This document shows, one piece after another, positions 16,808 through 25,101 of a stretch of DNA of 64,000 nt; the first letter of the stretch is position 1, and each line of letters begins with the position of its first letter. The DNA comes from an archaeon (GTDB lineage: Archaea; Nanobdellota; Nanobdellia; Pacearchaeales; GW2011-AR1). Below the pieces are notes generated by a model, which worked only from the letters and a program-made list of their open reading frames with translations, was not told the DNA's origin and searched no databases. A program made the translations under genes and the position numbers. The stretch lies in NCBI GenBank assembly GCA_043822125.1, contig JBDRCB010000006.1:45662-109661 (forward strand). The letters run 5' to 3'.

Positions 16808-17208
16808 TTAATTCATAAAATATTCAGGATTTATTAAATTTTTAGTCTTGATTGTTGTTTGAAATCCTTCCTCATCTAATATCCCCTCTTCTCTTAATTT
16901 TTCTTTATATTGTTGATAATCTCTCTGTTCTTCTCCAAACCTTTCTCTTTCTATAGTCACTTCATCATCTAAAGATTTACCCATTCTATAACTTTTTTTC
17001 TCAATGGCAGTTTCTTTAAGATCGCTTTCTAAACTTATAGTTGTTACTGTTCGCCAATTTTTTATTATTACTAACTCATTTGGAGGGGGAAGATCCCATC
17101 CGCCATCTTCAAAACTTAGAATACTTCCAATTTTTACAGTATAATCTCCAAAAAGAATTTTTTTATATTCTCTTGCGCCTAGTGCAATGTAAATTGCTGT
17201 TTTTTCAT
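16808..17208 (-). pseudogene. Unannotated ORF of about 133 aa interrupted by a frameshift in a poly-A run directly after the ATG
   Basis: ATGAAAAAACAG at 17208 runs into a stop after 9 codons. The neighbouring frame is open from 17205 down to the TAA at 16808-16810 (..TAIYIALGAREYKKILFGDYTVKIGS..). The total length of 401 nt is not a multiple of 3. Confidence 0.45.
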
Positions 17209-17266
17209 GGGATTAGCTAATAATTATTATATTTCGATATATATAAAAATAGTAGTTTAAACTAGT

Positions 17267-19435
17267 TTACTGATTCTCACTCAACCCTTTCCTATCTCTA
17301 ATTCTCCTGATAATCTCTGCCTGAATTGAGTTAGGAACTCTTTCAAACTGTTGTTCTAAAATAGACGAAGTCCCTCGCCCCTCTGTTGTGCTTCTTAAAT
17401 CATTGCTCCACCCAATCATCTCTGCAACAGGAAGTTTTGATTTCATCTTCGCCATTGTCCCCTCTTGCTGAACATCAATCATCTGCCCCCTTTTGCTTCC
17501 GACTAATTTTGTTATTGCCCCAAGGAATTTGTCAGGAATTTCAATAAGATGTATCTGCAATGGCTCTAAAATCGTCGGGTTTCCTTTATTCATTGCTCCT
17601 TTAATTGCTTCTCTAACAGCAGGATAAACCTGTGCAGGCCCTCTGTGAATTGCATCTTCATGTAGGCGGATATCGATGAGGGAAATTTTCATTTTCATGC
17701 ACGGCTCTCTTGCCAACGGTCCCTGATCTATCACCATTTCAAAAGCATCCATTACCATCTCAATAACTTCTCCAATATGAACTTCTCCTCTTGTCTCATC
17801 CATAAATAAATTTCCTTTGTAAATATCTTTTACATTTCTTATAGTGTCCCCGCTCCATCCGAGTCCAGATAAAACATTTGCAATTTCCTGATTTTTTTTC
17901 TTTAATCTCCCTTCAGGCAGTTCCCCAATTCTAATAGCTTCATAAATTTCTTCTTCTAATGGAGCAACTTTAATAAAAAAACTATTGTGTTTGTTCGGAC
18001 TTCTTCCCTCGACAACAGGCGACTGCTTTTCAACAGCTTCTCGATAAACAATTATCGGAGGAGAGGTTTTTACCTGAAGCCCTTTTTCTGTTTTAATTCT
18101 GTTTTCAATAATCTCCAGATGCAGTTCCCCCATTCCTGAAATCAAGCTCTCTCCAGTCTGCTCATTGATTTCAATTTTTATCGAGGGATCTTCTTTTCCA
18201 ACCTGCTTTAAGACTTCAACCAGCTTCGGCAAATCAGCTGCTTTTGTCGCTTCAATAGATTTTGTGACAACAGGGTCAAACAAATGTTTTATTGCTTCCA
18301 TCGGCTCCATTTCTTCTTTGCTTACTGTCTCTCCTGCAAAAACATCCTTCAGTCCGACGACGCCGATAATATTCCCCGCATTAACTTCATCGACAATAAT
18401 TCTCTGCGCTCCTCTGTAAACAGAAACTTGCTGTATTCTGACTTTTCTTTTTGCAAGATTCATATAAGCATCATCGCCTTGTTTTAAATTCCCTGAAAAT
18501 ATCCTTCCGCATGCAACTTCTCCTGCATGTTTGTCGACGACAATCTTAATAGGGACAAAAACAGCAGGTCCCTTTGAATCACAGTTTAATAATGATTTTC
18601 CAGTTTCAGAATCTATATCTCCATGCCAGATTTTTGGAATCCTGTATTTCTGAGCCTGAACAGGATTAGGATGATGCCTTATTGACATGTTTAGAACAAT
18701 CTCGTGCAGAGGAGCTTTTGCCGCAAGTTCTTTGCATGTGTCCTTTTCATATGCATCAATTACATCTTTGAATGTTATGTTTTTTCTTTTCATGTAAGGA
18801 AAGCTTAAGGCCCAGTTGTGGAATGCAGAACCGAATGCAACACTTCCGTCGCCGACACTGACTTTCCATTTTTCCTTGTATCCCTCTGGAGCAATATTTT
18901 CTATGAGTTCATTAACATGTTCAATAATTTTTATAAACCTTTTTTGCATTTCTTCTGGAGTCAATTTTACCTCCCTGATTAACCTGTCAACTTTGTTTAT
19001 GAATAAAATAGGTTTCACCAGTTCTTTCAATGCCTGTCTTAAAACTGTTTCAGTCTGAGGCATAACACCTTCGACAGCACAGCATAAAACAATGCATCCG
19101 TCAACAGCTCTCATGGCTCTTGTAACATCTCCGCCAAAATCAACATGCCCAGGAGTGTCAATTAAATTAATTAGATAATCTCCTTCTTCAGGAAGTTTGT
19201 GAACCATGCTCACCGATGCTGAATCAATTGTAATCCCTCTCGCAGCTTCGTCCTCGTGAAAATCAAGAACACACGCTTTTCCTGCAATTTCTCCAGAGAG
19301 CATTCCTGCACCTGCAAGAAGATTGTCAGAAAAAGTCGTCTTCCCGTGGTCAATGTGCGCAGCAATAGCTATATTTCTGATTCTTTCCTGATCTTTCATC
19401 AACTGCATTATTTTTTTTGTTTTTTCGTCTGCCAT
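17267..19435 (-). CDS. fusA: Translation elongation factor 2
   Basis: AHIDHGKTT, DTPGHVDF and NKVD motifs. 722 aa, archaeal EF-2 layout. Confidence 0.95.
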   Translation of the reverse strand: MADEKTKKIMQLMKDQERIRNIAIAAHIDHGKTTFSDNLLAGAGMLSGEIAGKACVLDFHEDEAARGITIDSASVSMVHKLPEEGDYLINLIDTPGHVDFGGDVTRAMRAVDGCIVLCCAVEGVMPQTETVLRQALKELVKPILFINKVDRLIREVKLTPEEMQKRFIKIIEHVNELIENIAPEGYKEKWKVSVGDGSVAFGSAFHNWALSFPYMKRKNITFKDVIDAYEKDTCKELAAKAPLHEIVLNMSIRHHPNPVQAQKYRIPKIWHGDIDSETGKSLLNCDSKGPAVFVPIKIVVDKHAGEVACGRIFSGNLKQGDDAYMNLAKRKVRIQQVSVYRGAQRIIVDEVNAGNIIGVVGLKDVFAGETVSKEEMEPMEAIKHLFDPVVTKSIEATKAADLPKLVEVLKQVGKEDPSIKIEINEQTGESLISGMGELHLEIIENRIKTEKGLQVKTSPPIIVYREAVEKQSPVVEGRSPNKHNSFFIKVAPLEEEIYEAIRIGELPEGRLKKKNQEIANVLSGLGWSGDTIRNVKDIYKGNLFMDETRGEVHIGEVIEMVMDAFEMVIDQGPLAREPCMKMKISLIDIRLHEDAIHRGPAQVYPAVREAIKGAMNKGNPTILEPLQIHLIEIPDKFLGAITKLVGSKRGQMIDVQQEGTMAKMKSKLPVAEMIGWSNDLRSTTEGRGTSSILEQQFERVPNSIQAEIIRRIRDRKGLSENQ

Positions 19436-19529
19436 TTGAAAAATAATTTTAGATTTTTCTTAACTAACTAAGAATATAATTTAATTGAGAAATTGGTTTA
19501 AAAATATTGTGATTAATTTTCTAGTAGAA

Positions 19530-19775
19530 TTATTTTTTAGCAGGATCTGCGGGAATCTCTTTAAAGTAAAGTACTTTTGCAGAAAGTTTTGTTCCAGGCG
19601 TCATAGAAGTTTCAACTACATAATAATGTGTTGCTCCTTCAGGGCTTTTATTTCTAATAGCTTTATTATCTTCATCTTTAAAGAAACCAAATTCAACTCT
19701 CCTTTGTCCAACATAACTTGCTAAAATACCATTTGATAATCTTACTGTTAATCCTTTCTCTGAAATCCTTTCCAT
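19530..19775 (-). CDS. Hypothetical 81-aa protein between rps7 and fusA
   Basis: ORF in an operon position. No family recognised. Confidence 0.35.
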   Translation of the reverse strand: MERISEKGLTVRLSNGILASYVGQRRVEFGFFKDEDNKAIRNKSPEGATHYYVVETSMTPGTKLSAKVLYFKEIPADPAKK

Positions 19776-19822
19776 TATTAAATATTATCATAATCCTTTT
19801 TAAAAATTATTATACTTGAGAA

Positions 19823-20434
19823 TTACCTAGCTGAATCAGCCTGTTTTTCTGATTCATTTTTTTTCTTAAGTGCAAAACTTTCCTGATTTCCCTCAGAAGC
19901 CATTATGATTTCTTCTGCTATTCCCTGCACAATTGTTTTCTTTTTATTGAATGCTTTATCTGAAGCTCCGTGCACAAGCCATTTTAATGCAAGACCGACT
20001 CTTCGCATAGGAGAAACATCAACTGCCTGTGGATATCTCGCACCTCCGTATTCAATAACTGTAATCTCGTCGCGTGGAGCAGAATTTTCAATTGCCTTCA
20101 CCAAAACAGCAACAGGATTTTTTCCTGTTTTTTTCTCAATAATTTTAAATGCTTCCAGAATAATTTTCATATTCTTGGAATATTTTCCAGTTGAATGTCC
20201 TAAAATTATTCTGTGTTTTTTCCCTCTGTGTCCTGCAGTTGCAAGTCTGTTCATTAATCTCTCTACAATATTCACTTTCGCCTGTCCGAACTTCTGCACA
20301 TTTCTGCCGTAGCTTTTTAATATTAATTTTGGCTCAAGATTAATCACTTTTCTTAGCCCAATGTCTTCAACATGAATTTCAGACAAATCATACATATCGA
20401 ATATCTTAAAATTCTGAGTCTGTTTTTCTTCCAT
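19823..20434 (-). CDS. rps7: Ribosomal protein uS7
   Basis: PVAVLVKAIENSAPRDEITVIEYGGARYPQAVDVSPMRRVGLALKWL is typical of uS7. Confidence 0.9.
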   Translation of the reverse strand: MEEKQTQNFKIFDMYDLSEIHVEDIGLRKVINLEPKLILKSYGRNVQKFGQAKVNIVERLMNRLATAGHRGKKHRIILGHSTGKYSKNMKIILEAFKIIEKKTGKNPVAVLVKAIENSAPRDEITVIEYGGARYPQAVDVSPMRRVGLALKWLVHGASDKAFNKKKTIVQGIAEEIIMASEGNQESFALKKKNESEKQADSAR

Positions 20435-20435
20435 T

Positions 20436-20606
20436 TTATTTTTTTATTTCTCTATTTATTTCATAAGGATAATAATCAGGATCTTTTGAAATAGAATGAA
20501 ATGTCATTAAAATCCCCTCTAAAATCATTTTTGGCATAACCCACAATGGTGTTGTTGCTTCTACAAATGTTTCATAAAATCTGTTTTTATCGTAATTCAT
20601 CTTCAT
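20436..20606 (-). CDS. Hypothetical small protein (56 aa from the ATG) inserted between rps12 and rps7
   Basis: ORF MKMNYDKNRFYETFVEATTPLW... The track's longer GTG-start version runs into the repeat element. Confidence 0.3.
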   Translation of the reverse strand: MKMNYDKNRFYETFVEATTPLWVMPKMILEGILMTFHSISKDPDYYPYEINREIKK

Positions 20607-20618
20607 TTTATCTTCTAC

Positions 20619-20680
20619 CTTCCGGCTGACCACGCTTGGGCAGTCGCAGGAAAAAATTGTTTACAATTCTTATATTCATC
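20619..20680. repeat. Solo copy of the island spacer element (CTTCCGGCTGACCACGCTTGGGCAGTCGCAGG plus degenerate dif-like AAAATTGTTTA-CAATTC-TTATATTCATC)
   Basis: Compare island copy B, CTTCGGTCGACCACGTTGCAC..CAGTCGTCGGG (8559-8601). The right arm TTATATTCA is identical to site C. The element is GC-rich in an AT-rich operon spacer. Confidence 0.4.
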
Positions 20681-21101
20681 ATCTTCTACCTTTCTCAATT
20701 TTTCCAGTCCATAATCTTGAAAGTGGCTGGTCATTTACTTTAATTATTTTGAATCTAACACCTGGAATGTCTCCTTTACTTCTTCCTTGCTTCCCTCCAA
20801 TTCTTTCAATCATAACTTCATCGTGCTCATCGATAAATTTCTGCGCGAGGTTTCCTGGGATGAATGCAGTAACCTGCTTCCCGTTTTTTTTCAGCTGGAC
20901 TTTACAGCATTTTCTCATCGCTGAGTTCGGCTGTTTTGCCTCTTTTTGAATTTTCTGCAGAACAATTCCTTTCGCTTGATTTGCACCTTCAAGTGGATCT
21001 GATTTTGCATAAAGCCCGAGAGTCTTGACTTTATAATGCCAGTCTTTCCATCTGAATTTTTTTCTTGTCTTAATTTTTTTCGTAGCGTTTTTTAATCCCA
21101 T
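20679..21101 (-). CDS. rps12: Ribosomal protein uS12
   Basis: [28 protein letters not shown] and [13 protein letters not shown] are typical of uS12. Confidence 0.9.
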   Translation of the reverse strand: MGLKNATKKIKTRKKFRWKDWHYKVKTLGLYAKSDPLEGANQAKGIVLQKIQKEAKQPNSAMRKCCKVQLKKNGKQVTAFIPGNLAQKFIDEHDEVMIERIGGKQGRSKGDIPGVRFKIIKVNDQPLSRLWTGKIEKGRR

Positions 21102-21148
21102 CTTAGTATAATATTATTTTTGATAAAAATAGTTTTTAAACATTATGT

Positions 21149-21565
21149 TTAAACTATCCTGAATTCTCTCTTAAAAAAATCCCTTACAATCTTTTTCATC
21201 TCTGAAAGTCTCCGTTTATTTCTTCCGATTAGAGCTGCTTTACTCTGGCTTCCTGCAGTCAGAATTATTTCATCGTCTTTAATTTCCAAATCTTTGAACA
21301 TAACAGGATTTACAATATCTTTAATAAAATTTTTCGCTTCTCTAACACTTTTTGGATTTGAAATTATTTTTATTTTTTTTCCTAGAATTTCACACATTTT
21401 TTTCACATTTTTCCCATTCTCTCCTACTGCTTGGGAAATTTTTGTCTGCGGAACGCAGAAAATTATCGCTTCGTTGTATTTGAAGCAGAATCGAGTGCTT
21501 ACTTGAGTAATTTTATGAAACAGATTTAGATATCTGATATCCTGCATATCTATTGTGTTCACCAT
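21149..21565 (-). CDS. nusA: Archaeal NusA-like KH-domain transcription factor
   Basis: Two KH-like segments (AVGENGKNVKK, ALIGRNKRRLSEMKKIV). Conserved position downstream of rpoA. Confidence 0.75.
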   Translation of the reverse strand: MVNTIDMQDIRYLNLFHKITQVSTRFCFKYNEAIIFCVPQTKISQAVGENGKNVKKMCEILGKKIKIISNPKSVREAKNFIKDIVNPVMFKDLEIKDDEIILTAGSQSKAALIGRNKRRLSEMKKIVRDFFKREFRIV

Positions 21566-21615
21566 TTTAATAATCTTTGTAGAGAACTCCTTTTTTATAA
21601 ATATTTCTTTTCATA

Positions 21616-24600
21616 TTATTTATTCACTTTTTCAACAACTTCACTTTTTGCCTTCTTTTTTTCAGATTCTTTTTTGCTCATAGGTCCTACAACTTCGACT
21701 AAAAGCCCGGGCAGTCCTGTACCGAACGGAACCGGCTGATTTAAAATTATGTTTTCCACGACGCTGACAAGTTTATCCCTCTGCCCCTTTAATGTCGCGT
21801 TTATGAACTGCTTTATTGGTGTTTCAAAAGTTGCCCTCGCTAAAATAGAGGATTTCTGTGCTATGATACCCATTCTTGTAACTCCTTTCACAATTCCTGT
21901 ATTTGTCATAGCATCTGCAATTAATTTCAGATGCCTTATATTTATGTCAAGTCCCTGGCTGTTTAGAACTTCTTTGACTTCTTCAATTATCATCTGCCGT
22001 GCTGCCTCAATTCCAAAAATTTCAGCAACTTCATAAAAATCATTTGAAATAATTTTATCTTTATCAACTTCTTTAGATTCAATCATTTTTTTGAGGTTTG
22101 TCCCGAGTGTGAGAATAACAAAATCCCTCTCTCTTTTAACAATTAAAATCTCCTTGACTCCCTTGACGCCTGAGATTATTGTCTTTTTTAATTTTTCTTT
22201 CATCTGATAAATTTCTTTGAACTCTACATCACCTGCATTCAGAACAATCGCATTTTCTTTTTCTTTTACTTTATAGCCCATTCCTGATAATCTTTCAATG
22301 ATTGTTTTTATTGAAACATGTGTCTGCTTTAAACCCTCTTTGTCTATTTTAATCTCAATAACTCTATTACTGAAGTCAAGATTAATTTTTGATGCAATTT
22401 CTTTTAATGTAACTTCTTTTATTTTTTCAGCAAAAGCTTTGGCATTTTTTTCATTGTTGTATTCTTTATTCAAGCAAATTTCCATTTTTGGGGAAGACGG
22501 CTTTTTCATGGCGTCGAATATTTCTATCAGCCTAGGAAGCCCCATAGTAATCTGCATTTCTGCAACTCCTGCGTGGTGGAATACATTCAAAACCATTTGA
22601 GTGGAACTTTCTCCAAAAGATTGTGCAGTAACAACTCCGATTGCCTCTCCTGATTCTATTTCTCCTTTTGTGTGGAGTTTTGTAACTTCTATTCCGTCCT
22701 CGCCGTATAAAAACTGAATGATATTATTGTTGCTGTCTCTTACTGTTTTGTCATATTCAACTCTTAAATCCTGAAGCGCGTTTGCGAGTCTTCTGTAAAG
22801 ATATCCTGACTTCGGAGTTCTTAATGCAGTATCCATAATTGAATCTCTTCCTGTAAGTGCCTGAAAGAAAAATTCATGGGGCTTCAGTCCTCGGATAAAC
22901 GAACTTTTGATAAATCCCCTTGCTGTCGGAGATAAATCTTTCTTTTTGAAAAAAGATAATGTCCTCTCTGTGTATCCAATATCAATTCTTTTCCCCATAA
23001 ATGCCTGCTGTCCGACGCATGAAGCCATTTGAGTTATGTTAAGAATTTTTCCACCGCCCCCTGATTGAATCATGTGATTAACTGGATTTCTTTCTGGAAA
23101 TTCTTTTTTTACAACATCTCCTATTTTTGTTCTTACTTCATTCAGAACTTTTAATATTTTAATCTCCCTCGATTCTTCAAGTGTTTTTCCTGGGATTATT
23201 TCCAAAGTTCTGTTGTTGTAGGATTCAATTATTTCTTCTGTCTTTTTTTCCGCCCTGCTGATTATTTCCCTTCCTATACTGATTACACTCTCGTCAAGAT
23301 CCAAGTCATTAACAGAAATAGTTATCCCTCTCTCTGTAAGATAATTTATTCCGAGATTAAATGCTTTTTTCAGTGTCTCAGTTGTTATTTCTTTTCCTAA
23401 AACAGCGTCGATTTCTTTTACAAGCTCTCCGTCCTCATCTCCAAATAATGTTTTGTCTATTTTTCCCTTTTCAATTTTTCCATCTTTGATTTTTATTGAT
23501 TCATTTGAAAAATTAATTTTCGGAAGTATCTCAGAAAAAAGTTCAATTCCAGAGATATTTTTCTTCGGGATTTTTTTATTTATTCCTGCTTTGTATAATA
23601 GCTGATTTGCAAAATCTCCTGTGAATTCCTCCCGCCCAAGAAGATAATTTCCTGTGATTGCATCGCCGACGCATCCGATTAAATTGCTGTTGTTTTTTGG
23701 AGACATTAGATTTTTTTTAACTTCTAAAAGAACTTTCGCTTCAGCTCTTGCCTCTTCTGTTTGAGGGGAATGGATGTTCATTTCATCTCCGTCAAAATCT
23801 GCGTTATATGGAGCAGCAACAGCAGAATGAAGCCTGAAGGTTCTTCCTGGCATAACTTTAACATAATGAGCCATTAAACTTCCTCTGTGCAGACTCGGGT
23901 GTCTGTTGAATAGAACTATATCTCCGTCCTGCAGATGCCTCTCCACCTGATATCCTGGTTCAATCTCATTTATGATTTCTTCTTTCAGCTCAGGAGTTAT
24001 TTTTTTCCTTTTTCCATCAGGGCGGATAACATAATTTGCTCCTGGATATTCCTCTGCTTTTTCAATAAGTTTTTTTAATTTTTTAATGTTCAAATCATTT
24101 ACCATTTCAGCAACAGTTACAATTTTCGCTATTTCATAAGGAACACCAACTTCATTTATTTCTATAAATGGATCTGGAGAAATGACTGTTCTCGCAGAAT
24201 AATTCACTCTTTTTCCTGAAAGATTTTTTCTTATTCTTCCTTCTTTCCCTTTTATTCTTTCTGTAATTGTTTTCAATGGCTGTCCGCTTCTGTGCCTTGC
24301 AGGAGGCACTCTCGCGACAGTGTTGTCAAAGAATGTTGTAATGTGATACTGCAGTAGATCCCACAAATCTTCTATAATAACTTCCGGTGCTCCTGCATTA
24401 AGGTTCTCCCATAATCTCTGGTTGGCTCTTATTATATCAGAAAGTTTGTGGGTTAAATCATCTTCACTTCTTTCTCCTGATTCAAGAATAATACTCGGCC
24501 TGATTGTAACTGGAGGAACTAAAAGAGATGTCAGAACAGCCCACTCAGGTCTTGCTGTCTTGGAATTTATTCCTATTTTTTTTAATTCCTCGTCGGGAAT

Positions 24601-25101
24601 CTTAGCAAGAACCTCTCTTATTTCAGTAGGGAACCATCTTATTTTTCCAGCATAAAAACTTGTCGGCTTGTCGATTTTTATTTTTTCATTCGGTGCATTG
24701 CAGTGAGGACATTTTTTTCCATCTTTTGCTTTTTTTGCCCTTTCACTAGGAGAATATTTTTCCATATCTTTCTCAGATAAAAGGAGTTTTCCACATTCCT
24801 TGCAGAAGCATCTTAAACACAATTCAATCAACGGAACATATTTTAAATGAATAACTGCTTTTGCCAAGTCAATGCTTCCTGGATGTCCGAGGCATTCTTT
24901 TAATCTTCCTCCGCATGTTCTGCATTTTAAACCAGGGTCAATTGCTCCAAGTTTCAAGTCCATAAGTCCTCCGTCAACAGGATATCCGTCAATGTTATAA
25001 AGTTCAGGAGTCACTATTTTCGCAGCTGATAATTTTTTAATCTGCTCCGGACTGAGTAGACTGAATTTTATTTCCCCGATTTTTTTCTTTATTGGTTTCA
25101 T
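21616..25101 (-). CDS. rpoA: DNA-directed RNA polymerase subunit A, with A-prime and A-double-prime parts in one 1161-aa ORF
   Basis: N-terminal zinc motifs (CRTCGGRLKECLGHPG), catalytic NADFDGDEMNIH, and the trigger-loop region GEAIGVVTAQSFGESSTQMVLNVFHHAGVA normally found in A-double-prime. There is no internal stop. Confidence 0.9.
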   Translation of the reverse strand: MKPIKKKIGEIKFSLLSPEQIKKLSAAKIVTPELYNIDGYPVDGGLMDLKLGAIDPGLKCRTCGGRLKECLGHPGSIDLAKAVIHLKYVPLIELCLRCFCKECGKLLLSEKDMEKYSPSERAKKAKDGKKCPHCNAPNEKIKIDKPTSFYAGKIRWFPTEIREVLAKIPDEELKKIGINSKTARPEWAVLTSLLVPPVTIRPSIILESGERSEDDLTHKLSDIIRANQRLWENLNAGAPEVIIEDLWDLLQYHITTFFDNTVARVPPARHRSGQPLKTITERIKGKEGRIRKNLSGKRVNYSARTVISPDPFIEINEVGVPYEIAKIVTVAEMVNDLNIKKLKKLIEKAEEYPGANYVIRPDGKRKKITPELKEEIINEIEPGYQVERHLQDGDIVLFNRHPSLHRGSLMAHYVKVMPGRTFRLHSAVAAPYNADFDGDEMNIHSPQTEEARAEAKVLLEVKKNLMSPKNNSNLIGCVGDAITGNYLLGREEFTGDFANQLLYKAGINKKIPKKNISGIELFSEILPKINFSNESIKIKDGKIEKGKIDKTLFGDEDGELVKEIDAVLGKEITTETLKKAFNLGINYLTERGITISVNDLDLDESVISIGREIISRAEKKTEEIIESYNNRTLEIIPGKTLEESREIKILKVLNEVRTKIGDVVKKEFPERNPVNHMIQSGGGGKILNITQMASCVGQQAFMGKRIDIGYTERTLSFFKKKDLSPTARGFIKSSFIRGLKPHEFFFQALTGRDSIMDTALRTPKSGYLYRRLANALQDLRVEYDKTVRDSNNNIIQFLYGEDGIEVTKLHTKGEIESGEAIGVVTAQSFGESSTQMVLNVFHHAGVAEMQITMGLPRLIEIFDAMKKPSSPKMEICLNKEYNNEKNAKAFAEKIKEVTLKEIASKINLDFSNRVIEIKIDKEGLKQTHVSIKTIIERLSGMGYKVKEKENAIVLNAGDVEFKEIYQMKEKLKKTIISGVKGVKEILIVKRERDFVILTLGTNLKKMIESKEVDKDKIISNDFYEVAEIFGIEAARQMIIEEVKEVLNSQGLDINIRHLKLIADAMTNTGIVKGVTRMGIIAQKSSILARATFETPIKQFINATLKGQRDKLVSVVENIILNQPVPFGTGLPGLLVEVVGPMSKKESEKKKAKSEVVEKVNK

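Noticed and set aside
19530-19775. The small ORF after rps7 as ribosomal protein uS10.
   Set aside because: The sequence (MERISEKGLTVRLSNGILASYVGQRRVEF...) shows none of the uS10 features. uS10 would also be expected after tuf, not before fusA.
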